A stretch of 64,000 nt of DNA from an uncultured Alphaproteobacteria bacterium (GCA_965603015.1 CBFDBJ010000008.1:160-64159); one strand, 5' to 3'; positions 38,100 through 47,467 are shown, counted from the first letter of the stretch. Made by a program: numbers and translations. Notes: generated by a model from the letters alone, not told the origin.

Positions 38100-39602
38100 A
38101 TGCTGAAACGTAACTGGAAGTCTCAAGGGGTTTTTTCTGGAAGTCAGAATAGCGACCGCTTTGAGAATATGGTCAAGACCATGCCGATTGCGGTCATGAC
38201 CTGCGACATACACAACGACTTCAAGATCGACTATATCAACGACAGTACCTTGCAAGAACTTGGCAAGGTTGAGCACCTTCTTCCGTGTAAGGTAGCGGAA
38301 TTGATGGGGCAGTCGGTCGATATTTTTCACAAGAATCCATCCTTTCAAAGACAGATTCTGTCTGATCCGACGAAATTGCCGCACAAGGCAACGATTACAC
38401 TGGGCGAAGAATTTCTCGATCTTTATATAACAGCCATGTTTGACGCGGGCGGCAAATATACCGGCCCGATGTTGACCTGGAGTGTGGTGACGGAACGCGT
38501 CCGACAAGAAAGGGAGACAGCGCGTCTTCTGAAAATGATGGATGACATGCCGGTTAACGTGATGATGGCGGACAAGGATACGCTTGAAGTTATCTATGCC
38601 AACAAGACCAGTATTGATACGCTGACAACGCTGGAACATCTTATCCCGATCAAGGCGAAGGATCTTGTCGGGACCTGCATTGATATTTTCCACAAGAACC
38701 CGGCGCATCAGCGCGCCCTGTTGGCCGATCCAAAAAACCTGCCATGGGAATCCAACATTTCCCTTGGTGATGACACGCTCTCCTTGCGGGTCACGCGCCT
38801 TGATGATGCTGACGGCAACTATATCGCGCCTCTGCTGACGTGGAATGTCATCTCCGATCAAATCAAGATGGCTGACAATGTCGGCAATGTGTCGGTTTCT
38901 GTTTCTGCAGCGGCGACGCAGCTTGATGCGAACTCTGTTTCAATGGCGGCTGCTACGGATGAGACGTCCGCTCAGGCTGCTGCTGTGGCTGCGGCTTCGG
39001 AGCAATTGTCAACCAGCGTCAATGAAATCTCGTCGCAAGTTGTCAAGTCAGCCGAAATTGCAGATGCTGCCGTCAAGGAAGCGCGCCGTTCAAGCGACTC
39101 GATTGATGCACTGGCGGAAGGTGCCAATAAAATTGGTGATGTTGTGACCCTTATTCAGGACATTGCCAGTCAGACCAATCTGCTTGCCCTCAACGCAACA
39201 ATTGAAGCGGCCCGGGCTGGCGACGCTGGCAAGGGTTTTGCGGTTGTGGCTTCCGAAGTCAAGACGCTGGCCAATCAAACAGCCAAGGCAACCGAGGACA
39301 TTGCTTCGCAGGTCACCAGCATTCAGCAGAATGTGAGTGATTCCGTAGCTGCGATCAAGACAATCACCGAGACCATCGAGAACATGGACGAAATCACCAC
39401 GGCAGTTTCGGCGGCGGTTGAAGAACAGGGTGTGGCTACGCAGGAGGTTAACCAGAACATTCAGGGCGTCATGACGGCGGCTGAAGATACCGGTCACCTT
39501 GCGGCGCAGGTTCGTGAAGCCTCTTCAGAACTCAGCCAGCAGTCCGAGGCAATGAACGGCCACGTCAACCAGTTCCTGGCGCAAATGGGCGTCAAACGAT
39601 AG
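38100..39602 (+). CDS. soluble methyl-accepting chemotaxis protein with two PAS-like modules
   Basis: No TM segments. An internal repeat of about 125 aa carries the motif (V/I)DIFHKNP..QR..L.DP..LP in each copy. The C-terminal MA signalling domain carries TNLLALNATIEAARAGDAGKGFAVVASEVK. Confidence 0.9.
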   Translation: MLKRNWKSQGVFSGSQNSDRFENMVKTMPIAVMTCDIHNDFKIDYINDSTLQELGKVEHLLPCKVAELMGQSVDIFHKNPSFQRQILSDPTKLPHKATITLGEEFLDLYITAMFDAGGKYTGPMLTWSVVTERVRQERETARLLKMMDDMPVNVMMADKDTLEVIYANKTSIDTLTTLEHLIPIKAKDLVGTCIDIFHKNPAHQRALLADPKNLPWESNISLGDDTLSLRVTRLDDADGNYIAPLLTWNVISDQIKMADNVGNVSVSVSAAATQLDANSVSMAAATDETSAQAAAVAAASEQLSTSVNEISSQVVKSAEIADAAVKEARRSSDSIDALAEGANKIGDVVTLIQDIASQTNLLALNATIEAARAGDAGKGFAVVASEVKTLANQTAKATEDIASQVTSIQQNVSDSVAAIKTITETIENMDEITTAVSAAVEEQGVATQEVNQNIQGVMTAAEDTGHLAAQVREASSELSQQSEAMNGHVNQFLAQMGVKR

Positions 39603-39632
39603 TTCGTCAGAGCTGTACCAATAATTGAGATC

Positions 39633-39660
39633 GGGGAGCCTTGCGGCTCCCCTTTTCTTT
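39633..39660 (+). terminator. rho-independent terminator after the MCP gene
   Basis: ggggagcc-ttgc-ggctcccc hairpin followed by ttttcttt. Confidence 0.65.
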
Positions 39661-39693
39661 GCTCGGCTCACAAGATGTATTCGGTCCGGATGA

Positions 39694-40479
39694 TCAGGCG
39701 ATCGCTCTGGTGTAAAGGTGCCAGGTGGCGTGTCCCAGCACAGGCAGGGTGAAGAAGAGGCCGATCAGGCCGCTGAGGAGGGAAAGACCAATCAGGAGGC
39801 CGATGATGCACCACCACAGGACCATGGGCCCCGGGTTGGCCTTTACCACTTTGACCGATGTGATCATTGCGGTGACAAAATCGACGTCTCGATCAAACAG
39901 GAGCGGCAACGAGACGACGGTAATGGAAAAGACAAAGAAAGCGATCATGGCGCCGGTGAGATTGCCAAGCACCAGAAACATCAGGCCGGTTGGTGTGGTG
40001 AAGATTTGGGTTATGAACTCGGACGGCGAGAAGGATTTTAATCCCATGAAGCCAAAAAACAGAAGGGCCGCGATATCCATCCAGATAATTATGGCAAAAC
40101 CGGTGATCAAGGCCATCCAGCCCAGGTCGCGACGGCTTGTTCCTTTTACCGATAACAGAACGTCGGGCCAGGAAAGGGCCTCTGATCTGGAAAGCTTGCG
40201 GCTGACATCATAGAGCCCTGCGGCCATGAACGGTGCCAGGATGGCGAAACAGATCACCAGGGGGTAGACGAGGAACGGAAGGCCCGCCAGGGTCAGCAGA
40301 AAATACATCATCCATCCGCCAAGGGCATAGACGCCGCCGAAAAACAAACCATATTGAGGGACGCTTCGAAAGTCGGCGAGCCCGCTCGCAAGGGCTGCCT
40401 TAATATCTGCGGTACCAAGGTTCCGGACTTCGGGGGCGCGCTCTGCCTCGCCTTTAGGTATGGTCGTTGTCTCGCTCAT
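39694..40479 (-). CDS. DUF2189-like integral membrane protein
   Basis: 261-aa ORF with about 6 TM segments. The family call is from memory of the overall pattern, which is weak evidence. Confidence 0.55.
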   Translation of the reverse strand: MSETTTIPKGEAERAPEVRNLGTADIKAALASGLADFRSVPQYGLFFGGVYALGGWMMYFLLTLAGLPFLVYPLVICFAILAPFMAAGLYDVSRKLSRSEALSWPDVLLSVKGTSRRDLGWMALITGFAIIIWMDIAALLFFGFMGLKSFSPSEFITQIFTTPTGLMFLVLGNLTGAMIAFFVFSITVVSLPLLFDRDVDFVTAMITSVKVVKANPGPMVLWWCIIGLLIGLSLLSGLIGLFFTLPVLGHATWHLYTRAIA

Positions 40480-40499
40480 TCTGGTTTCACCCGCTGTTT

Positions 40500-40823
40500 T
40501 CAGAGCGTTCTTTGCTCGACGAAAATCTGAATTTTCAATTGCTTGTCTGCTATCTGCTTTTGAAGAGCCTTGCGTTCCTGCTGATCGGTTTCTTGCGCAA
40601 ATTTTTGGCGCAAACCTGCAAGTTCCTTGAAGAGCCCGACTTCGCCGGGAGCAAAACCGGAGTTCTTCAGGACCTTGAAGGCGATTTTGAGCTCTTCGGG
40701 GGTTTGAGCAAAGCCATCTTGCAGATCAAGCTCCTCGCCGAAGTGCTTACTGCGTTTCAATTCGCCGCTTTTTTCGGCCTCTTTGATCCACTTTCCTGCG
40801 ATGTCATCACTGGTCACAAGCAT
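40500..40823 (-). CDS. DUF1992 (DnaJC28-like) domain protein
   Basis: 107-aa ORF with the pattern I..A...GE...L...G..L, characteristic of DUF1992. Confidence 0.6.
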   Translation of the reverse strand: MLVTSDDIAGKWIKEAEKSGELKRSKHFGEELDLQDGFAQTPEELKIAFKVLKNSGFAPGEVGLFKELAGLRQKFAQETDQQERKALQKQIADKQLKIQIFVEQRTL

Positions 40824-41106
40824 TCCTTCAGGTCGCCGCCGCGGTGGTTGTCGTCTGTGGTCAATAGACCACAGTTTCTCGTAGTTTTAAACCGCAAGAC
40901 GATCTTGCGGAAATCCTTGAAGCTCGCATTTTGGGTCAATGGCTCAGGGGTGAGGAATACCACGTGGAATAATTGCCGCAGGGGGGGTAAAATTGCTTGA
41001 TTCGCGGTCGTGAGGAGCGGTAACTGCTTCGCAGACACCGCACAGCCGGGCCCGCGCCGCTGCGGCTCATAGAAGGCGGGTGAAGGCTCTGACAGGGAAA
41101 GAAACT

Positions 41107-42117
41107 ATGACAGCAATTGCCAAAACCGGAAAAACCGTCACCATTTTTGGAGGCTCGGGCTTTGTTGGCCGTCACCTGGTTCAGCGGCTGGCAAATGAAG
41201 GCTGGCGCATCCGTGTCGCAGTGCGCCGTCCGCATGAAGCGCAAGAGATTGGATCCATTGGCGATGTGGGCCAGCTCCAGATCGTGCAGGCCAATGTCCG
41301 TGATGTGGCCTCTGTTGCGGCAGCCGTGCAGGGCGCCGATGTGGTGATCAATCTGGTTGGTCTTCTTGTCCAGGGCGGCAAACAAAAATTCACAGCGGTT
41401 CACGCTGCCGGAGCGGGCAATGTTGCCCGTGCTGCCGCCACCGCAGGGGCACGCCGCCTTATTCATATGTCTGCGCTGGGTGCTGAAAAAACGTCTGTCA
41501 GTGCATACGCACAGACAAAGGCAGCTGGCGAAGAGGCGGTTTTGGAGGCTTTCCCTTCTGCGACGATTATGAGGCCTTCGGTTATTTTCGGGCCAGCCGA
41601 TGGATTTATTTCCCGATTTGCCGGTCTCGTTCGGATGATGCCGATTGTTCCTCTCATTGGCTCCGGAAAGACGCGCTTTCAACCGGTCCATATCAATGAC
41701 GTGGTCGATGCGTTCATGGCGGCGGTCGGATCGAATGAGACCAGAGGCAAGACCTATGAGCTGGGCGGGCCGGATGTCCTTACGTTGGCGGAGATTCTGC
41801 GCATGATGGCGCGGGATATGGGGCGACCCCGGCTATTTGTTCCATGGCCATTCTGGGCGACAAAGATCAATGCTTTTTTCCTGCAGATGCCGTACACGTT
41901 CCTGCGCATTCCGCCCTTGTTGACGGTGGATCAGGTCAAGTTGCTGCAATATGATAATGTGGCAGGTGTGTCGGGTGAACCAGGCGTTCTGACCATCAAA
42001 GACCTGGGCAAGGGTGCTGGTGCTGGTCAACTGGTGTCGCTGGAAGCGGTCTTGCCAGATTATCTGGTGCGCTTCCGCAAGTATGGCCAGTATGACGCGC
42101 GTCCTGCTACCCGCTAG
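41107..42117 (+). CDS. NAD(P)H-binding, complex I NDUFA9-like SDR-family protein
   Basis: TIFGGSGFVGRHLV Rossmann motif, and an atypical-SDR layout typical of alphaproteobacterial NDUFA9 homologs. The start is set at 41107. Confidence 0.8.
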   Translation: MTAIAKTGKTVTIFGGSGFVGRHLVQRLANEGWRIRVAVRRPHEAQEIGSIGDVGQLQIVQANVRDVASVAAAVQGADVVINLVGLLVQGGKQKFTAVHAAGAGNVARAAATAGARRLIHMSALGAEKTSVSAYAQTKAAGEEAVLEAFPSATIMRPSVIFGPADGFISRFAGLVRMMPIVPLIGSGKTRFQPVHINDVVDAFMAAVGSNETRGKTYELGGPDVLTLAEILRMMARDMGRPRLFVPWPFWATKINAFFLQMPYTFLRIPPLLTVDQVKLLQYDNVAGVSGEPGVLTIKDLGKGAGAGQLVSLEAVLPDYLVRFRKYGQYDARPATR

Positions 42118-42132
42118 ACCATTTTCGCCGGA

Positions 42133-42927
42133 TCAAAAAAGAGTCAACAGGATGACGCCGAGGGTGACCCGGTAGATCACAAATGGCATGAAGCCAATTT
42201 TCTCGACCAGAGCCATGAAGAGCGCGATGGACGCGTAAGCTGCAGCAAATGACAGGGCCGCGGCGATTGCGGCAGTGCTCCAGGCGGTGTTGCTCGCGGC
42301 GCCACCCAGGTCCAGGGCTTCAAAGGTTCCTGATGCGACAATGATCGGGATCGACAGAAGCATTGAAAAGCGAGCGGCCTCGGAACGGGTCATATGCAGG
42401 GCCCTGGCTGCTGTCATGGTAATGCCCGAGCGCGACGTGCCGGGTATCAGCGCCAAAGCCTGAGCAAGGCCGATGAAAATAACATCCTTCATGGACAGGT
42501 CTTTGACGGCGCGCTCTTTCGGGGGCCAGCGATCAGCGGCGTAAAGCACCAGGCCGAAGACAATTGAGGCAATGGCGATGACATTAATGGACCGCATCAG
42601 GTCATTCCATCCTGTCAGGCCGATCACGGCCCCTGCGATAACCGCCGGGATGGACCCGATCACAAGAAAGTCGAGAAGACGCACATCGTCGGACATCTTG
42701 CGGCGAAAGAAGTCGGGCACGGCGGTGAGCAAAGATCCGATATCCTTGCGGAAATAGGACATGACAGCACCAAGCGAGCCCACATGGACGGCAACATCCA
42801 TGACAACGCCCTGGTCCTCGAAATTTGTCAGTTGAGGCAGAAGTATGAGGTGGGCCGAAGAGGATATTGGCAAAAATTCTGTCAGCCCCTGGATGAGGGC
42901 AAGGAGCAAGAGCTGTTCTAGTGGCAT
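42133..42927 (-). CDS. uppP: undecaprenyl-diphosphate phosphatase
   Basis: GLTEFLPISSSAHL and PGTSRSG motifs, with 8 TM segments. The start is set at 42927; the track start at 42954 is an alternative. Confidence 0.9.
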   Translation of the reverse strand: MPLEQLLLLALIQGLTEFLPISSSAHLILLPQLTNFEDQGVVMDVAVHVGSLGAVMSYFRKDIGSLLTAVPDFFRRKMSDDVRLLDFLVIGSIPAVIAGAVIGLTGWNDLMRSINVIAIASIVFGLVLYAADRWPPKERAVKDLSMKDVIFIGLAQALALIPGTSRSGITMTAARALHMTRSEAARFSMLLSIPIIVASGTFEALDLGGAASNTAWSTAAIAAALSFAAAYASIALFMALVEKIGFMPFVIYRVTLGVILLTLF

Positions 42928-43028
42928 GTGAGGATATTCCCTGGCTCTTGTCATTTTGTATACTGCATATCCGGGATAGCGAAAAAGCAGCGAGGCTTCA
43001 AGAGCTGGTTTGCCAGACTTCCGGTCAA

Positions 43029-43060
43029 TAAAAAACCCGCGAGAGGTGGGTCTCGCGGGC
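43029..43060 (-). terminator. rho-independent terminator (minus strand)
   Basis: On the minus strand, the gcccgcgaga-cccacc-tctcgcggg hairpin is followed by tttttt, just downstream of the stop at 43086. Confidence 0.65.
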
Positions 43061-43085
43061 TTTCAAATCTCTCGGAAGGATCGGT

Positions 43086-43607
43086 CTACTTTGAGGCGGC
43101 GTCTATCTGACCCGCCCGTCCGCTCATTTCGCCATTTTGCTCGGTAAAGGTCACTGGGCCTTCGTCCGGTCCTGGCAGTCCCAGACGGTCACCTGGCAGC
43201 AGGACCCTTTCGCAACGCGGTGCACACGAGTAGGAAAAGATACCGGGGCCCCGGACATAGGTCACACTTCCTGCATTGGCGACCGAGGTAACGCGAACCC
43301 GCTTTGTCGCAATCGGCTTGCCGTCGCTGTCCAGTGCAATTATATTTGTCACACCATACATCCGACCAACGACAAGAATGATCTTGTCATTGTGTACTGA
43401 AACATCAGCGATAGATGGGTTGGTTACCGCCACCGTTGTAACCGGTTGATCCACAACGAAGACCTTTGATTCGTCTATTGGGACTTGAAGCTCGGCCGCA
43501 CTGGCGGTGCCGCTTCCTGACAAGATCAGTGTAAGCCCTAAAGCAACCATCGTGAGCAGATGCCCGAGGATCGGCCCGGTAGTGCGATCTACGTTACGGT
43601 GTCCCAT
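43086..43607 (-). CDS. pilus-formation N-terminal domain protein (secretin-N / T2SS-T3SS_pil_N-like), secreted
   Basis: A signal peptide is followed by V.V..P.IADV.V.....I.V.G...G.TN.I, the pattern found at the N-terminus of CpaC/RcpA secretins. The gene is divergent from flp. Confidence 0.7.
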   Translation of the reverse strand: MGHRNVDRTTGPILGHLLTMVALGLTLILSGSGTASAAELQVPIDESKVFVVDQPVTTVAVTNPSIADVSVHNDKIILVVGRMYGVTNIIALDSDGKPIATKRVRVTSVANAGSVTYVRGPGIFSYSCAPRCERVLLPGDRLGLPGPDEGPVTFTEQNGEMSGRAGQIDAASK

Positions 43608-43831
43608 GTCTTTTACTCCAACTCATTAAAGGCGCGAGGTCTTCCTCTTACGGGAGGATGCTAGCGAAAAAAAATGAATAAGCCCTAAAAGGGAGGGGGT
43701 GAATTTTCATGGTTTTATACTTGATTTATACTCGGCTATCCTTCTGTCTCGGGTCGGAGTGGTTTTCACCCTCGTCATGAATGCCAGTAAGATATTATGA
43801 TTAATGGTGTCTTGAAGGAAATCTAACTCGG

Positions 43832-43846
43832 TTAATCAAGAGTTAA
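43832..43846. promoter_or_regulatory. perfect TTAA-N7-TTAA box (CtrA-type consensus) in the flp upstream region
   Basis: TTAATCAAGAGTTAA at 43832-43846, about 240 nt upstream of the flp ATG and within a tract of about 20-35% GC. Confidence 0.35.
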
Positions 43847-44082
43847 TCATGAGATCGAGTAAGTATAAATCTCTATTGTTGTAAGTATAATCATGCGATT
43901 AATCTAATATAATTCTAATTAATATAGTATATATATCGTTATCGAAATATAAACCATTACATTTTACCATTTATTAATGAGGTGTCGGTAGTGTGACAGC
44001 CGTACGCGGTGGTCTGTCCATCCACAAGGGTAAGGCCTCGCGTCCATAGTGCTGTGTAGTAGATAGTAAGGAGTTCTAGAAC

Positions 44083-44241
44083 ATGACTTTTCTCAAAAAT
44101 TTTCTGAATGACGAATCCGGTGCAACGGCTATTGAGTATGGCCTTATTGCTGCCGGCATTGCGGTCGCCATTATTACCGCTGTTGGTACTGTTGGTACGA
44201 AAGTTACTTCGACGTTCACCAGTGTAGCCGCTGGTTTGTAA
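44083..44241 (+). CDS. flp: Flp-family type IVb pilin
   Basis: 52-aa ORF, too short for the ORF track: MTFLKNFLNDESG/ATAIEYGLIAAGIAVAIITAVG... It has the Flp motif G-ATAIEYGLI, an AAGGAG RBS 9 nt upstream, and a terminator downstream. Confidence 0.88.
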   Translation: MTFLKNFLNDESGATAIEYGLIAAGIAVAIITAVGTVGTKVTSTFTSVAAGL

Positions 44242-44272
44242 TCGAACGCAAGTTTGGCATTAAGTGCCTGGC

Positions 44273-44306
44273 AAGGGCGGGTCTTCGGATCCGCCCTTTG
44301 TTTTTT
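44273..44306 (+). terminator. rho-independent terminator/attenuator after flp
   Basis: aagggcgg-gtcttcggat-ccgccctt hairpin followed by tgtttttt. Confidence 0.7.
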
Positions 44307-44500
44307 GTGCGTTGTAGATCTTGAGACGTGACCGGGAGCTCAACGTCAACCAATGCCCGCTCTGTCTGATCGTGAGCTGTATGCAGCGGGAACCGTTTTC
44401 CTGAGCTCATCCGCTAGCAAGATTTTCACTAAATTAACCGTTCCGTGTCAAGTTTCCAGCTTGAAGATCATGTGTGCTCGACAGCTTCAGAGGCCTGGAT

Positions 44501-45001
44501 ATGGAATTACTTCCTGTACTGATTTTACCGTTGTTACTGGTCATTGCTGCGATGAGTGATATTGCGACAATGACAATACCGAACTGGATTTCCGGGCTTC
44601 TCGTTGTGTCGTTTTTGCCGTTGGGGTTTGCGTTTGGAATGCCGATTGGTGATATTGTTGTGGCATCGGGTGTCGGGTTTGGATTTCTTTTGGCCGGGAT
44701 GGCGTGCTTTGCTCTGGGCTGGATCGGTGGCGGCGATGCCAAGCTGATTGCGGCAACGGCTTTGTGGTTTGGTTGGCCAGCATCGCTGACCTTTATGTTC
44801 TGCACAATGTTATCGGGTGGAGCGGCAACGCTGGTGCTGCTGCTTTTCCGTTTTATGCGGGTTCCAGACCCTGTTTTGTCCGTGCCGTGGGTCGGGCGCC
44901 TGCACAGTACCAATGAAGCCCTGCCCTATGGCGTGGCGATTGCCGCCGGTGGGCTCATCGCGCTGCGTCAGTCTCCGCTCATCGATCTCATGGCCGGGTA
45001 G
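44501..45001 (+). CDS. cpaA: A24-family prepilin peptidase
   Basis: A polytopic membrane protein with DIATMTIPN and GGGDAKL aspartyl-protease motifs. The start is set at the ATG at 44501. Confidence 0.85.
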   Translation: MELLPVLILPLLLVIAAMSDIATMTIPNWISGLLVVSFLPLGFAFGMPIGDIVVASGVGFGFLLAGMACFALGWIGGGDAKLIAATALWFGWPASLTFMFCTMLSGGAATLVLLLFRFMRVPDPVLSVPWVGRLHSTNEALPYGVAIAAGGLIALRQSPLIDLMAG

Positions 45002-45220
45002 GTTCAACGGGTAAGCTCAAACGGGGAACAGGTTAAGAAAGTCTCACTTTGAAATCTAACATACTGAAGACCCGGTTTACTGAAATGGAACAGCTTGTTG
45101 TTAGTGTCAAATCAGGGTCGATGAAATGGTGTTGCGGTCAGGTGTGTTCCGGGTGCTCCATCTTCATCGATATAAGGGCCGCAATGGCCGGACTAAAAGA
45201 CAGGATAAAGGGCAATTGTC

Positions 45221-46015
45221 ATGAACCTCGCGCGTATGATTGTAATGGGGATCGCGATACTGACAGCAGGGATGGCCGCATTTTTGGTCCGTTCAATGTC
45301 AACGTCGCAGGGACCGGCTAACGCTGCTCTGGAGCCCCAGGTAGTCGTTGTTGACACGACAGGTGTTCTTGTCGCCTCGCGTAACATCACCGTGGGCGAA
45401 ACCATGGTCGCCAATGATTTTCGCTGGCAGACATGGCCAAAAGAGGCCGTACACCCCTCCTTCATTGTCCAGACATCGGATGTGGATGCCAGTAAAAACT
45501 GGATCGGCGCCGTCCTGCGCTCGCCGGTTGTTATCGGTGAGCCTCTGACAGGTCACAAGATGGTGCGTATTGGCGAGGGCGGGGTCATGGCTGCCATCAT
45601 TCAACCGGGTATGCGCGGTGTTGGCATCAAGATTTCGGCGGAGACCGGCGCGGGCGGGTTCATTCTTCCCAACGACCGGGTCGACGTTATTACGACGTAT
45701 AAATCCCGAGCCGACGGTGAGCGCTCGGATAATTTTACCGGTGAAACCATTCTTCAGGATGTCAGGGTGCTTGCTATCGATCAAACCTTCCGGGAAGAAG
45801 ACGGTCAACAGGTCGTTGTCGGGCGCACCGCGACACTTGAACTCTCATCGGAGCAATCTGAAGACCTTATTCTGGCTGCACAAATGGGTGAAGTTTCGCT
45901 CGTGCTGCGTAGCCTCGCCGGTGAAGGCGCGGGAGGCGGGCATGTTGCCTTGAGCCGAAAATCCAAAAATCAGGTTGTTGTTGTTCGAAACGGTCGGGTA
46001 TCCGGAAGCCGATAA
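45221..46015 (+). CDS. cpaB: Flp pilus assembly protein CpaB/RcpC
   Basis: An N-terminal TM anchor is followed by SAF-like and RcpC beta-clip regions (V.VLVA...I..G). Its position in the locus also fits. Confidence 0.85.
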   Translation: MNLARMIVMGIAILTAGMAAFLVRSMSTSQGPANAALEPQVVVVDTTGVLVASRNITVGETMVANDFRWQTWPKEAVHPSFIVQTSDVDASKNWIGAVLRSPVVIGEPLTGHKMVRIGEGGVMAAIIQPGMRGVGIKISAETGAGGFILPNDRVDVITTYKSRADGERSDNFTGETILQDVRVLAIDQTFREEDGQQVVVGRTATLELSSEQSEDLILAAQMGEVSLVLRSLAGEGAGGGHVALSRKSKNQVVVVRNGRVSGSR

Positions 46016-46025
46016 AGGAATGATC

Positions 46026-47456
46026 ATGAGTGTACTGCGTAATATCAAAATCGGTTTTGTCACATCAACCTTGCTCTGTTGTCTGATGGCTTCGGCTCAG
46101 GCGGAGCTGAAGGGCTCTGGCCGAACGCCTGAAAACATTATGTTGGTCAAGATTGATGCCGGTGGAGAAGGACCGAAATCAGAAAATCTTATTCTGCCGC
46201 TTGACAAGGGTGCGATCATTGAATTGCCGGCAGATGCCCGCGATGTCATGGTCTCCAATCCCATGATTGTTGAGGCGGTCGTGCGTTCGCCGCGTCAGGT
46301 TTACATATTCAGCCGCCAGATTGGTCAGGCCAATGTTTTCATTCTTGACGCAGCGGGCAAGCAAATTCTCAATCTAGAGGTCCAGGTCGAGCGTGATCTT
46401 GATGCTCTCCAGGCTATGGTCGATAGATTTCTTCCGGACTCTCGTGTGACGATCGAATCCATCAATGACAATATTGTGCTGTCTGGATTTGTCTCCAGCC
46501 CGGCAGCCTCTGAACAGGCTCGTGATCTGGCGGCTCGCTTTGTCGGTGATCCGGCGCGGGTCCTCAACATGGTCGCCATTGATACCAATGAACAGGTCAT
46601 GCTCAAGGTTTCTATTGTTGAGATGCAACGCAATGTGTCGAAGCAATTTGGCGCTTCCTGGGGCGGCTCCTATCTTCAGAACGGAAGTACGAGCTGGGGT
46701 TTTGATAATCTCAATCCGTTCAGCCTGATCGGGAGCGCTCTGTCGAACACGGCAGCAACTTACACCTACTCGGGTCCAAGAGGCGAAGCTTCCGCTGTCC
46801 TGCGTATGCTCGAACGGGTCGGGCTGGTTCGCACTCTTGCAGAACCCACCTTGACGGCCATCTCGGGAGAGTCGGCCAATTTTCTGGCCGGGGGCGAATT
46901 CCCGGTTCCGACAGGCATCGACAGGGACGGTAATATCGTTGTTACTTTCCACCAGTTCGGTGTGGGTCTCGGCTTTACGCCGGTGGTTATGTCGGAAGGA
47001 CGGATTTCACTCAAGATCTCAACCGAGGCCAGCGAGCTTGCCTCTGCCGGTGCGCTAAACTTTGGTGGAACGACAATTCCTTCATTGCGGGTGCGTCGGG
47101 CGGAGACGACTGTAGAACTGCCGAGCGGCGGCAGCATGGTCATGGCCGGGCTGCTGCAGGAGGATATTCGTCAGAATATTGACGGTATTCCAGGTGCCAA
47201 GGATGTTCCCATTTTGGGTGCGCTGTTTCGCAGTCGCGATTTTGAAGCCAACGAAACCGAACTGGTTATCATTGTAACACCCTATCTGGTGAACCCGACC
47301 AATCGGGACAGGCTGGTTACGCCGGTTGATGGTTTTGCGGCGCCGAACGACCTTGACACCATTCTCATGGGGCGTCTCAACAAGGTTTATGGTGTCAGTG
47401 GTCAAGAAGTGTCCAAGCGCAACTGGCAAGGTCCGGTTGGCATGATTGTACAGTGA
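46026..47456 (+). CDS. cpaC: Flp pilus secretin CpaC/RcpA
   Basis: Signal peptide, a pilus-N domain (V.VSNP.I.E) and a secretin C-domain (LAEPTLTA.SGE.A.F.AGGEFP..., ...GIPG..D.PILG.LFRS). An alternative start lies at 46020. Confidence 0.9.
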   Translation: MSVLRNIKIGFVTSTLLCCLMASAQAELKGSGRTPENIMLVKIDAGGEGPKSENLILPLDKGAIIELPADARDVMVSNPMIVEAVVRSPRQVYIFSRQIGQANVFILDAAGKQILNLEVQVERDLDALQAMVDRFLPDSRVTIESINDNIVLSGFVSSPAASEQARDLAARFVGDPARVLNMVAIDTNEQVMLKVSIVEMQRNVSKQFGASWGGSYLQNGSTSWGFDNLNPFSLIGSALSNTAATYTYSGPRGEASAVLRMLERVGLVRTLAEPTLTAISGESANFLAGGEFPVPTGIDRDGNIVVTFHQFGVGLGFTPVVMSEGRISLKISTEASELASAGALNFGGTTIPSLRVRRAETTVELPSGGSMVMAGLLQEDIRQNIDGIPGAKDVPILGALFRSRDFEANETELVIIVTPYLVNPTNRDRLVTPVDGFAAPNDLDTILMGRLNKVYGVSGQEVSKRNWQGPVGMIVQ

Positions 47457-47467
47457 GGAGTGACGCG

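Noticed and set aside
37932-38861. A 309-aa minus-strand ORF spanning the MCP 5' half
   Set aside because: It is antisense to a chemoreceptor gene with unambiguous PAS and MA motifs, and it has no recognisable domains of its own.
45049-45321. A 90-aa ORF in the cpaA-cpaB gap
   Set aside because: It has no RBS, overlaps the well-supported cpaB start, and has Cys-rich odd composition with no tad-related motif.
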